This document shows positions 8,721 to 18,542 of a DNA stretch of 64,000 nt, piece by piece; the first letter of the stretch is position 1, and the number at the start of each line of letters is the position of its first letter. Below the pieces are notes generated by a model, which had not been told where the DNA came from, did no database searches, and was given only the letters and a program-made list of their open reading frames with translations. Made by a program: the position numbers and the translations under genes. The stretch is from Candidatus Marinacidobacterales bacterium. Its GTDB lineage: Bacteria > Acidobacteriota > Vicinamibacteria > Marinacidobacterales > DATDRI01. The stretch lies in the NCBI GenBank assembly GCA_965226495.1, contig OZ245365.1, forward strand, positions 3,584,001-3,648,000, written 5' to 3'.

Positions 8721-9525
8721 ATGCATACTAAACTGCGAATTCGTGGCGGCAAGCTCTCCGATCTGGTCGATTCCCACCAAGCCAGAGGCCAGTACGTCCT
8801 GACCCGCGAACAGGCACTCGGAGCGCTGGGGGTCTCGGATGAAGAAGGCGGTGCAACGCCTAGTCGTCAAGGGCCGAATCGCGGTCCCGCGCCGTGGTTT
8901 TTTTGTAATCGTGCCCGTGGAGTACCGACAATCTGGAGCGCCGCCACCGAGCTGGTTCATCGACGACCTGATGAATTTCCTCGGCCAGCCCTACTATGTC
9001 GGGCTCCTCAGTGCGGCCGCCCTTCACGGGGCGGCACACCAGCAACCGCAGGAGTTCCAGGTTGTCACGAACAAGCAACTCCGAAGCGTGGTTGCGGGGC
9101 GCGCGCGCATCCGGATTTTCCGCAAGCTCCGTTTCGAACGTACGCCTACGATGGAAATGAAGACGGAGACCGGCGCCATGCGCGTGTCCACACCGGAGGC
9201 GACGGCACTCGATCTGCTGCGCTACCTCGAGCGAGTGGGCCATCTCAGCCACGTGGCCACGGTGCTGGCCGAGCTCCTCGAAAAAATAGAGCCCGACCGC
9301 CTCGCCCAGGTCGCAAGAATCGAAAGCGAGTTGCCGACCGCGCAACGACTGGGCCACCTCCTCGAACAGGTCGGCGCCGGTAAGTCCGCTAGCTCCCTGG
9401 CGGCATGGATCGAGGAGTGTCGCCCGAGATTCGTGGCTCTCAGATCCGATCGTTCGGTGAGGCGCGGGAAGAAGGACACTCGCTGGCGGGTGATCGCGAA
9501 CGAGAAGGTTGAGGCCGAGACTTGA
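8721..9525 (+). pseudogene. abiEi: Type IV toxin-antitoxin antitoxin, AbiEi family, frameshifted near 8840
   Basis: N-terminus (LSDLVDSHQARGQYVLTREQA) in frame 8721; PRRGFFVIVPVEY, YYVGLLSAAALHGAAHQQPQEFQV and VSTPEATALDL in frame 8839. Confidence 0.8.
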
Positions 9526-9773
9526 TCCCGCGGGCGCATATCACAGCCTGGCGCTCGAAGGCGCCTTGGTTGACCGATGCTCAAGTCGAGCAGGACCTCG
9601 TCATTTCCCGCGCGATCGTCGAGCTCTTCTCGGACGAACTCCTCGCGCGCGAGGTCGCGTTCCGTGGAGGCACGGCACTGCATAAGCTTCACTTCGAACC
9701 ACCGAGCCGCTATTCGGAGGACATTGATCTCGTGCAGGTGAACGCGGGACCGATTGGACCCCCGCATCGCTGA
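9522..9773 (+). pseudogene. abiEii: Truncated AbiEii/AbiGii nucleotidyltransferase toxin
   Basis: QVEQDLVISRA...FRGGTALHK...RYSEDIDL, then stop after 83 aa. Confidence 0.85.
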
Positions 9774-10520
9774 CATTGGTACTCGACGAACTTCTCCTTC
9801 AAGGAGACGTACACCTCCCGCCATCGGTGTTCGACGCGCACAGGTTCTAAGGCTTTGCAGTCCGCTTCGTTGACAGCCTTCAAGACGTCGTTCGGGTCTG
9901 CGGGGGCACTAAGGGCTTCTCGCCGAACTGTGGCGGGTTCTTCCAGTTGACGCCGACCATCACCTGCCTTGCTGTCGAATCCCGGACTTCGCGATGTGGA
10001 TGAGGCTCTCGATTACTTTCCCTTGAATGTCGGTGCCTCGCGCCTGCTGGGCCGAGTAGGCATCCGACTTTGATGATGACGCTTTCCGATAGCCGAGTGT
10101 CCGTGTTGCCGGGAGCGTCTTCTGGCCGGTCACCGCAGTTGTCGCTTCCGCGCTTTCGGCTTTGGCTTTTTGACGATCTTGCGTGGATGCCCCTTTCAGC
10201 GGCGCCCCCGCGCTCCACGTGGCGCGGCAGCGCGATTCCGAGGCGAGGCCGTGGTGCCCCGAGCGCTTCCCAAAAAAGCATGATATTATCCGCTGGCGGC
10301 GCAAACGAGAGTCTGTCGTGGCTTCCAATTAGGCCAATCGCTCGCAAGTTCCCAAGCCTGTTGTCGGTGTAGTTACTTCTCCGCGTAGCAGCGGACGACA
10401 GCCTCCCTATGAGCGAGCCATGGCCAGAACAGCACGTTTAGTCCCCGGCTCCCAATTGGGGGTTCTCCGTTTGTAGCTTGAAAATGGGCTAGGAGACGGA
10501 GTCTATCCGCTAAAGGGCTG

Positions 10521-11405
10521 GTGAAGGAAATGGAATGGGTCAGTGGCAGGATTCAGGACGGGGGGCGTTCAGACCCGTTCCTCCCATTTGAATCCGCCGT
10601 CCCCGGAATCCTTGCCATTTTACATGGCGAGCTCCTACAGGAGCTTCAGGCATGGAAAGACAGGCCCGACCCCGGGCGGAGGAATGCCAAGGGAGACCTC
10701 CAACGCTCCTTTGACCTCGCCGCCGACGAGTACGTGCGGAGCTATCTCGAACGGGCGTTCCCCGCTGGAGTGCTGCTCTCGGAGGAAAGCAGCGAAAGAA
10801 GATTCGGCAGAGGGAAGCTCCAATACCGTTTTGTAGTCGATCCGGTGGATGGCTCGGATAACTACTCCCGGAGGTTGCCGCTGGCAGCACTCAGCATCGC
10901 GGTGCTTCCAGCCGAAGCGCCTCTTTCACCGGAGCAGGTCCTCTTTAGCATGGTGGGAGATCTTCTTCGAGACGAAAGCCCTATTCTGGCCGCACGGAGA
11001 GAGGGCGCATATCGTGGCAGCACTAGGTTAAAGACCTCATCGGTTGGACGTCTTTCCGAAGCTTTCGTTTCCTGCGAGCTCAATCATTTCGCACCTCCAC
11101 CGCTGCTTGGACAGCTGCTGAGCCGGGCGCGCGGCGTGCGGGTTTACGGGTGCTGCTCGCTTGCCCTGGGCCTCGTGGCCTCTGGAGCAATAGACGCGCA
11201 CGTGGATGTGCGGGATCGGTTAACGTTGGAGAGCTTTCTGGCCGCTTCACTTGCCGTGGAAGAGGCTGGAGGTTCTGTCGTGGACCGGAAAGGCAATCCG
11301 CTCGGTGCTTTGACGGGGCTCGAGCAACGTACCAGCTTGATCGCGGCGGCAAGCCTTGAGCTCGCTATGGAGATCGTTGATGTCCTCGATAATACCGATT
11401 ACTGA
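10521..11405 (+). CDS. Inositol monophosphatase family protein (possible DIPP phosphatase)
   Basis: DLAAD, LSEES, VDPVDGSDNY, RVYGCCSLAL...GAIDAHVD and VEEAGG motifs. Confidence 0.88.
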   Translation: MKEMEWVSGRIQDGGRSDPFLPFESAVPGILAILHGELLQELQAWKDRPDPGRRNAKGDLQRSFDLAADEYVRSYLERAFPAGVLLSEESSERRFGRGKLQYRFVVDPVDGSDNYSRRLPLAALSIAVLPAEAPLSPEQVLFSMVGDLLRDESPILAARREGAYRGSTRLKTSSVGRLSEAFVSCELNHFAPPPLLGQLLSRARGVRVYGCCSLALGLVASGAIDAHVDVRDRLTLESFLAASLAVEEAGGSVVDRKGNPLGALTGLEQRTSLIAAASLELAMEIVDVLDNTDY

Positions 11406-12831
11406 CGCTAAGAAAAACAATTCCGGCAGCCTCCCTGTCGTCGTGTTGGCGGCCGGCAAGGGTTCCCGTGTAGCTTCGCTGGGCAATGGCCGCCCCAAGC
11501 CAACGCTTCGTTTGCTCGGCCTGTCCCTTGCCGAACGGATCATCCTCTCCTACCAGGCAGCGGGTATTCAACGCTTCGTAGTGGTCCTGGGCGACCGTGC
11601 AGACGAGGTGCGTGAACACTTCCTGGATGTAGCGGTGCGGCGCGGCTGCGAGGTGGAGTGCGTCGTTGCCACCGACTGGCAGCTGGGAAACGGGGCCAGT
11701 GCTCTCGCCGCGTTTCGCATGGTGGAGGAGGAGCCCTTTCTGCTAACGATGGCCGACCATCTGATCGATCCCTCGCTGTTGGAGCAAGTTTTGGCCGCCC
11801 CTCCTGGCGAGGACGAGATTTGCCTGGCAGTGGATTCGAACAAAGAGAATCTCCTCGATCTCGAGGACGTGATGAAGGTGGACGTCGCAAACGGTCGGGT
11901 GGCCCGGATTGGAAAAGGCCTGAGGGATTGGGACGTAGCGGACACGGGAGTTTTCTACTGCACGCAGGTCCTTTTCGAGGGTATCCGGCAGGCATCGGCC
12001 AAGGGACAGTATGGGCTTTCGGACGCGGTCAGGGAGCTAGCGGCTGAGCGTCGGGTTCGCGTGGTCGACGTCACGGGGAAGCGATGGATTGATATGGACA
12101 ACGCATTGGCATTCCGCCATGCGAAGCGGTGGCTTCTTTCCTCGGTCGTCAAGAACACGGACGATGGCTATGTTTCGGCGTATCTCAACCGTCCTCTCTC
12201 CTTACGGCTCTCGAGTCTGCTGGCCGAGGCGCGGATCTCTCCCAACCTCATTACCCTTGTCAGCTTCTTGCTTGCCCTGGGCGGCGCAGTGCTTTTCTCT
12301 CTACAGGGTTACATGGCGGGGCTGATGGGGGGACTCTTGGTTCAGTTCTCCTCGGTAGTGGACGGCTGTGATGGTGAGGTGGCTCGTCTCAGACAGATTG
12401 CCAGCCCCAGAGGAGGTTGGCTCGATACGATACTCGACCGCTACGCGGAGCTTGCGGTGGTGCTGGCCATCACCTTTTCTTACTCCACCTCCCATCCGGG
12501 CCCTCTCGCCTGGATGGGGGGTCTCCTTTCCATTTCCGGGTACTACATGGCAAGCTACGTGACCAAGGAGTTTGCCCTCCGGCACGGCAAAGCCTACCCG
12601 CCCAACTTCCTAAACCGCATTAAACGCCGGGACCTCCGCCTGTTAGGGATTTCGGTGGGGGCCGTATTGGGCATCGCGTTTGAAGCTATGGTTGGCCTTG
12701 GCGTGCTCAGCCACCTTTGCGTGGTGGGAATCTTGGTCCGCGGCTGGCGGCAAGGGAGCCGTTTCCGCCCAGCCGTACTACACAGACGCGCTCTCGGCCA
12801 GAAAAAGGCACCGGGCGCGGCGGTCATCTAG
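11380..12831 (+). CDS. Bifunctional NTP transferase / CDP-alcohol phosphotransferase (IPCT/DIPPS-like)
   Basis: LAAGKGSR...PKP, GNG, MADH and DTGVF nucleotidyltransferase domain; DGYVSAYLNRPLS, PNLIT and DGCDGEVAR...GGWLDTILD CDP-alcohol signature with TM helices. Confidence 0.9.
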   Translation: MSSIIPITDAKKNNSGSLPVVVLAAGKGSRVASLGNGRPKPTLRLLGLSLAERIILSYQAAGIQRFVVVLGDRADEVREHFLDVAVRRGCEVECVVATDWQLGNGASALAAFRMVEEEPFLLTMADHLIDPSLLEQVLAAPPGEDEICLAVDSNKENLLDLEDVMKVDVANGRVARIGKGLRDWDVADTGVFYCTQVLFEGIRQASAKGQYGLSDAVRELAAERRVRVVDVTGKRWIDMDNALAFRHAKRWLLSSVVKNTDDGYVSAYLNRPLSLRLSSLLAEARISPNLITLVSFLLALGGAVLFSLQGYMAGLMGGLLVQFSSVVDGCDGEVARLRQIASPRGGWLDTILDRYAELAVVLAITFSYSTSHPGPLAWMGGLLSISGYYMASYVTKEFALRHGKAYPPNFLNRIKRRDLRLLGISVGAVLGIAFEAMVGLGVLSHLCVVGILVRGWRQGSRFRPAVLHRRALGQKKAPGAAVI

Positions 12832-13070
12832 ACTGTCTTTCTAGTCCGTCTCCTTTCGAAAGATGACTGTTGAGCTCGCACAGTCAGAACAAACTTGGCC
12901 TAGCCGTCCGCCCGGAACAGACGAGGGGCCCTCGATTTAAGAGGCCGCCGGGTTTGCGGCCGAGACGCTGCCCGATGGGAAGAAATGGTGAAGCAGTTGA
13001 CTTGTCCGAGCGGACGCGGCACAAAGAAAGGGGAATCCCAAGAGCGTTTTTGGAAGGCCACGAAGATGCC

Positions 13071-13334
13071 ATGAATCGCGACACCCTGATTCGCCAGATA
13101 CAAAGGGCCCAAAAGGAGCAAACCGGAGAGGATTACCCGATCGACTTTCCCGAACTATCGGATCGAACCCTAGAAAGGCTTGCCGTGTTGCTCCGCGAGC
13201 TTGAAGGCCGGAGCAAGACAGCCGTGCGAAGCGCGTGCGATGCTTTCTTACAGGAGGCCGAGCGCCAGGAGTGCTTGTGCTTCGGTCCGCCCGTGGCCGA
13301 TTGCCCTATTTACGGTTGGCGTACTACGACGTAG
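13071..13334 (+). CDS. Hypothetical protein (87 aa)
   Basis: Helical, protein-like composition from ATG 13071; no recognised family. Confidence 0.4.
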   Translation: MNRDTLIRQIQRAQKEQTGEDYPIDFPELSDRTLERLAVLLRELEGRSKTAVRSACDAFLQEAERQECLCFGPPVADCPIYGWRTTT

Positions 13335-14279
13335 CGCCATCAGAAACGGCTACACGCGAGCGGCCAGGGGCCGAGTGGGGGGGAAACATAATCCAACGTG
13401 GCCTTTGCTTCAAGTGTTGAATGTCCTGAGAGTTCCGGCGCGCTCGGGAAACAGGTCTGAAACCAGAAGCCCGGAGTGAGCCCAGCAGAAAAGAGAATTC
13501 TAATCGAGCTGGTGAACTATTGGGATGGCAAGACACCGAAATATACGAACGGCCCGATGCCGCCGCGTGGAGACTGGGGTCAGCGAGACCGAGTTGGGCC
13601 GAAAGCTGAGGTACGAGGTCCATGGGAGTGAGGTTTTAGATCACGAATTCCGTTGGGCCACGCCGCCCCATTCTGCCAGCAGGTCCATGATGTCCTTTTG
13701 AAGGTCCCTGGGCAAACCCTCTTTGAACAGCAACGGGCCGGCAGGGTGCTTAACGGTCACTGTTTTTCGCCCTTGCTTGACTTCATGAAAGCCGCAGTTA
13801 CACTGTCTTGCAGAGAGCCGTGTCTCTCCAGTTCCACATGTTGCGGTCGCTGGCATGAACGTCGGTCCCTTCGCGCTTCAGAGCTCGAGCGTGTTCGGAT
13901 AGAGCGGCTTCAAAGTCCTCGATCATAGACTTTTTCTTCAATGGGTTTTCCGTAGACTTTCCGCTCTTCACTGGCTCTCGTGTCCCTCCTCTTGGGGCAG
14001 GAAGTCATAAGCCGCGCACTGGGGCAGAGCGAAACAAGCGGCCACACGGTTGGGAGATCGGCCAGGGTGGCAGGATCGAAGTTCTCTTCGGTCGGGGGTG
14101 AGGAAATGATAGACCAGACGGCGCAGCTCAGCAACTTCCTAGACGAAGACTCCCGGGCAGGTTGGCGCGGCGGCTGGCCGTTCGGTTGGCCAAACGGAGC
14201 AGAAGGAGCAGGTTCCAGCGAGCGCCCTGGATTGATCGGGGTCATCTCTCAACTCTCGTCTCCCAAGTGATGTGATATG

Positions 14280-15234
14280 TCACGAGACGAGGTCGGCGAG
14301 AAACCAGTCGTAGAGTTCCCGGGGCGCTTGGTCTACTCGGAATAGCTGTCGGAGTTTAGCTGCGTGCGAGTACGCAGCGGTCCAAGCGTCATGGTGATGG
14401 ACAGTGGTTCGGTATTGCCGCCAGCGGAAACGCCGGCGGTCAATAGGCGGCAGCTCTGCCATCCAATCATCAAGCTCCTGTTGCCCGCAGGCATGCCCCT
14501 TCTGTGGCAGCTTGGCATGGACAAGGAAGTCTGCTTCACATGGGTTCTTGGCGCCTCTCAGAGCATCGAGCAACTTCAACGCGTATTCCTCCACCTTCGC
14601 AATGCCGTCGAAGACGTTTTGGTAGATTCTGACTGGGCAACCGCCAATTCGCATAGCATCAGCGAGATGTGAGCTCTTCGTTCCCGTCGAAAATTTTGGA
14701 CACACCAGAGCGACTTTGCTCCAGCGTCCCACGTTTGATGGCGGATGAGCCGCCAGAAACCACGCACCACCGCCTCCATAGCTCGTGCCGCAGAGATAAA
14801 CAGGCTGGTTGGTCCAGTTCGGGGTCCCCCCGTTCGTCTGACCAAGTACTTGCCTGAGCTCAGCCCCACCGACTGAGCTCACGAGCCTCCTGCGAAACTC
14901 CACTATGGTTCCGTCAATCACATCAGCGCAGTCCTTCCATCCATTCCAGGCCGTCCCGATTGTTGCGTATTACCTGAGGAGCCAGGACAACCATTGGAAT
15001 ATCGGGAGCGTGACTCGGCGGCCAGTTGTCCGCCGGCGTGCCTTTTCGGTCCCGGTATTCCCCATACCCACATAGGAAAATGAGGAGCGGCCATTTTTTG
15101 TCTTTCAACTCCTCCGAGTTGAGTGCTCCCCCTGTGTACACAAGAACTTTCTCAGTGAAGTTCCCCGTCGAGGCCCCATGAGTGATTTCTTCGTACACCA
15201 ATGCTATTGCCCCTTCTGTCTGACGCACGCCCAC
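14280..15234 (-). pseudogene. Alpha/beta-hydrolase (esterase/peptidase-like) split by a frameshift near 14922
   Basis: WPLLIFLCGYGE...MVVLAPQ in ORF 14923..15234; nucleophile elbow VYLCGTSYGGGGAW in ORF 14280..14921. Confidence 0.65.
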
Positions 15235-15359
15235 CCGTTCTAGCCTGATAGATTCTATCCCATTCGGTTGAGGGTCAAACCGAGATGCTGTACACAGGGG
15301 CAGTGCTCCCGGCCAGCTCCAGCGTCCAACGGACGTCGCTATTGCTGCAGACGCCGCTC

Positions 15360-15477
15360 CCTCTCCGTCGTCGACTTCAGCAACAATCGCATCCAGAAGT
15401 TCGCGCCGTTGCCGGACCAGCCCCAGTCCGGGGAAAACAGGTCCCGAACTTCACCATCATCCGAACGGCATCGATGA
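15360..15477 (+). pseudogene. NHL-repeat fragment
   Basis: VVDFSNNRIQKF motif without upstream blades. Confidence 0.35.
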
Positions 15478-15530
15478 TCACCCAGAAAAGACTCTACCCC
15501 AACTGGGAGTTTCGGAGGAGAGATCCGACA

Positions 15531-15720
15531 GATTACTAGTCTTCCTCTGGCGAGTGAATTTCTTGTTTACAGCCAGTTGGGACCTACTCCTGCCACGCTG
15601 CTACCACCCCGGTCCTGGTCTTCCGAGACGGAAAGCACCGCTAGATTTCTAATCTTCCTCTGGACGGTAAGGTTCTTGTTTATGGTTAGTTAGGATTAGT
15701 GCTACCACGGTGCTACCACC
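15531..15720. repeat. Two imperfect direct repeats of ~77 bp (15531-15608, 15644-15720)
   Basis: Shared blocks TCTTCCTCTGG, TTCTTGTTTA, AGTTRGGA and CCACGnTGCTACCACC. Confidence 0.85.
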
Positions 15721-15958
15721 ATGGCCCGGGCACACTCGCCGTAAGCGTCTCAATCCACGTTAGATGCTGCACACTAACACAGCCCGTGTAGGTTGAATTG
15801 CGGTTTGTGGGGCGCTTGTTGATCTTTTTCTGAAGCGCACCGAGAGGAAACCAATGCCTAGGAGCGAACGTTCGCCTCCTGACGGGCTTTCGGGACTCGG
15901 ACTGACTGGAAACCCTCCAAGGCTCCGTTCTTTATTGCCTGTAGATTACTGATTCTAT

Positions 15959-16035
15959 TGGTGGACGGCACCGGGCTCGAACCGGCGACCTCGGCGTTGC
16001 GAACGCCGCGCTCTCCCAGACTGAGCTAGCCGCCC
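15959..16035 (-). tRNA. tRNA-Ala (anticodon CGC)
   Basis: Reverse complement GGGCGGCTAGCTCAGTCTGGGAGAGCGCGGCG-TTCGCAA-CGCCGAGGTCGCCGGTTCGAGCCCGGTGCCGTCCACCA; G3:U70 pair, encoded CCA; upstream TTGCCG-17-TAGCAT promoter. Confidence 0.97.
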
Positions 16036-16120
16036 ATGTATTGGGTGGGATGCTACCATTTGTCGAAACGGCCGGCAACAGCGCGGTTGCGGGGCTTTCG
16101 TAGTACAATGGGCCTAACTC

Positions 16121-16798
16121 ATGTGGAGTGTGATGGTTGCCCTCGCCGTCGCGGGAGGTCCCCCGAGCCCGCTTCCCGCAGTGGATGCCGCTCTCGTCCA
16201 GCGGATTCAGGCGCACTACGATCGACTCCAGGACTTCGAAGCTCATTTCATCCAGCGCGTGGTGCACCGAATCGTTCACAAGGTCATCGAGGAAAGCGGC
16301 ACGATGGCGTTCAAGCGACCGGGGCTGATGCGATGGGAGTACCAGAAGCCGGAGACCAAGCTCTTCGTGACTGATAGCAAGAAGAGCTATTTTTACGTAC
16401 CTGAAGACCACCAAGTCATCGTAAGCCATACGCCGGGGGGGGCGATGGGTCTTGCCGCGGGCTCGCCGTTTTCTGTCATCATGGGCGAGGAGCGCCTCCT
16501 GGATGCCTTTGAAGTCAAGAATTCAGACTCGGAGCCCCAAAGGGGAGGTGAGGTGTTGCTTCTCATCCCACGCCGCGCCCAGGAGGGTTTCGAAGAGGCC
16601 GAAATCGAAGTCCGGCCCGAGGACGGGCAAGTCATGCGTGTGAGTCTCCTGGACGGCCAGGGTAATCGCACCGAGTTCCTTTTCGACGAAATCCGAGAGA
16701 ACCGCGGACTCGTGGATTCCATGTTTCGCTTCACCGTACCTTCCGGGGTGGATATTTTGATCGCTTCCGAGAGCGCCCCAACGTCTCCACCCCAATAA
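16121..16798 (+). CDS. lolA: Outer-membrane lipoprotein carrier protein LolA
   Basis: Signal peptide; FEAHFIQ...SGTMAFKRPGLMRWEYQKPE...YVPEDHQV...DGQGNRT...FRFTVPSGVD. Confidence 0.88.
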   Translation: MWSVMVALAVAGGPPSPLPAVDAALVQRIQAHYDRLQDFEAHFIQRVVHRIVHKVIEESGTMAFKRPGLMRWEYQKPETKLFVTDSKKSYFYVPEDHQVIVSHTPGGAMGLAAGSPFSVIMGEERLLDAFEVKNSDSEPQRGGEVLLLIPRRAQEGFEEAEIEVRPEDGQVMRVSLLDGQGNRTEFLFDEIRENRGLVDSMFRFTVPSGVDILIASESAPTSPPQ

Positions 16799-16820
16799 GA
16801 GCCTAATAAGAGAAAAACCA

Positions 16821-18542
16821 ATGACTCGACCAATTGGTTCATCCCTTCTCCTTTGCTTGCTCCTAGTCTCGGCCGGCTGTCGCACCTCCTCCGATTTCAA
16901 AGCGGGAGAAGTTGCGGAAAGCAATGGCCGTTTCGACGAAGCGGTGAGCTATTACACGCGAGCCGTCAAAAAAGATCCGAACAATTCCAACTACCAGAGC
17001 AACCTGAAGCGAGCCAAGTTGCGGGCGGCGGAGGCTCACGCTCTCCAGGCGACGAGACACAAGAACGCGGGTGAGCTCGACGCCGCGCAAAGGGAATTGC
17101 AGCTCGCACTCGCCATGAACCCAACCGACTCGAATCTGGTGCAGGAACTGGCTAAGATCGATCCTGCTATCCAAGAAAAAAACGCGCAGGTGGCGCTTAC
17201 CAACATCGACCGGCTAAAGGAACAGGCTCGTGAGACGCCGCTCGGCAGGCTGGAGCTCGCCCCCGGCAGCGAGGAACCGGCGGGTTTCCTCTTTCGTGAG
17301 GCGAGCCTAAGGGACGTGTTCTTGTCGCTCGGCAAGATGGCCGGCGTCAACATGGTCTTCGACGGAGCATTCACCGACCAGACGATTTCCATCGAGCTCC
17401 ATGACACCTCCTTCGAAGAGGCGCTCCGCTCTCTTTGCCAAGTCAGCCAGAACTTCTTTTACGTGCAGAGTGAGAACATCGTAACCATCGTTCCCGACAC
17501 ACCCATCAAACGACGAGAGTACGAGAAGCAGATTATGAAGACCTTCTATCTGTCTTCTGCGGACGTCAAGGAAACCATCGATCTACTGCGAATCGTGTTG
17601 GGAGCGCGTCGCGTAGCGCCGCACACGGCAACGAATGCTCTTACCATTGTCGACACGCCCGAAAAGGTCGCCGCCGCCGAACGTATCATCACGACCATCG
17701 ACAAGAGCCGAGCGGAAGTCGTAGTCCACCTGGAGCTACTGGAGGTGAACCGGACCAGCTTGGAGGAGTACGGGATCCAGCTTCGCTCCGGGATCGAGGG
17801 AGTCGAGGGCATCACGGTCGGCGTGTTTCCTCAACAAAGCACGACCTTGGACGGGTCACCCTACGACGCCTCGAATGTTTCTGTCGCTGGTCTTCCGGGA
17901 GCCGTCGTCCAACTCTTGCGCATGGACGGAGATACGAGGATCCTAGCGAATCCACGGCTCCGTGTGATCGACGGCCAGACCGCGACGGCTCAGTTCGGCG
18001 AGCGTGTCCCCATTCCCATCACCACGTTCACGCCCATCGCGCAGGGGGGCATCGCTCAGCAGCCGGTCACAACGTTCGAGTACCAAAACATCGGAGTGAA
18101 CATCGAGGTCACACCAAGGACGCACCACAACGACGAGGTGAGCTTGCAACTCCGCGTGCAACTCGACAACATTTCCGGAACGACGCTGCAGGGTCTACCG
18201 ACATTCGGTAACCGATTCGTGGACACGCTGCTCCGCTTGCACGACGGTGAAACTTCCCTCCTCGCAGGACTCATCCTGACCGAGGAAAGAACCAGCATGA
18301 CCGGCATACCGGGATTGGCGAGCGTGCCGGTTCTAGGACGCCTCTTCGCCGCAAACAAGGATGAAGCCAGAGAAACGGACATCGTCTTGATCCTTACTCC
18401 ACGGGTCGTGAGGCGTGCCAATCTGACATTGGATGACCTTCGGTCCTATATCGTCGAAGGTGGCACGAGCGGTGGACTTCTCTACGAAGCGCCGGTGCCA
18501 GCGCCGAGGAATCCGCGCCCCGACGAGGAGAAGAACCCCTGA
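16821..18542 (+). CDS. Lipoprotein secretin (GspD/PilQ family) with N-terminal TPR
   Basis: Lipobox SAGC, TPR, N-domains, ILANPRLRVIDGQTA...GERVP, NIGVNIEVTP, IPGLASVPVLGRLF...ILTPRVV. Confidence 0.9.
   Translation: MTRPIGSSLLLCLLLVSAGCRTSSDFKAGEVAESNGRFDEAVSYYTRAVKKDPNNSNYQSNLKRAKLRAAEAHALQATRHKNAGELDAAQRELQLALAMNPTDSNLVQELAKIDPAIQEKNAQVALTNIDRLKEQARETPLGRLELAPGSEEPAGFLFREASLRDVFLSLGKMAGVNMVFDGAFTDQTISIELHDTSFEEALRSLCQVSQNFFYVQSENIVTIVPDTPIKRREYEKQIMKTFYLSSADVKETIDLLRIVLGARRVAPHTATNALTIVDTPEKVAAAERIITTIDKSRAEVVVHLELLEVNRTSLEEYGIQLRSGIEGVEGITVGVFPQQSTTLDGSPYDASNVSVAGLPGAVVQLLRMDGDTRILANPRLRVIDGQTATAQFGERVPIPITTFTPIAQGGIAQQPVTTFEYQNIGVNIEVTPRTHHNDEVSLQLRVQLDNISGTTLQGLPTFGNRFVDTLLRLHDGETSLLAGLILTEERTSMTGIPGLASVPVLGRLFAANKDEARETDIVLILTPRVVRRANLTLDDLRSYIVEGGTSGGLLYEAPVPAPRNPRPDEEKNP

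Larger units (their letters stand above)
8280..15958. mobile_element. Decayed genomic island abutting the tRNA-Ala 3' end (left boundary approximate; no integrase seen)
   Basis: Low coding density, several gene fragments, broken TA pair, AT-richer stretches and junction-like repeats next to a tRNA 3' end. Confidence 0.5.

Noticed and set aside
9780-10372. Overlapping ORFs after the truncated toxin
   Set aside because: No recognisable family; probably frameshifted remnants.
13335-14270. Several short ORFs on both strands
   Set aside because: No motifs or consistent RBS; cannot support them as genes.
15531-15720. CRISPR array or integron attC interpretation of the direct repeats
   Set aside because: Only two long diverged copies, no spacer periodicity, no cas or intI gene, and no RYYYAAC/GTTRRRY ends.
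15932-16429. 165-aa minus-strand ORF
   Set aside because: Overlaps tRNA-Ala and is antisense to lolA.
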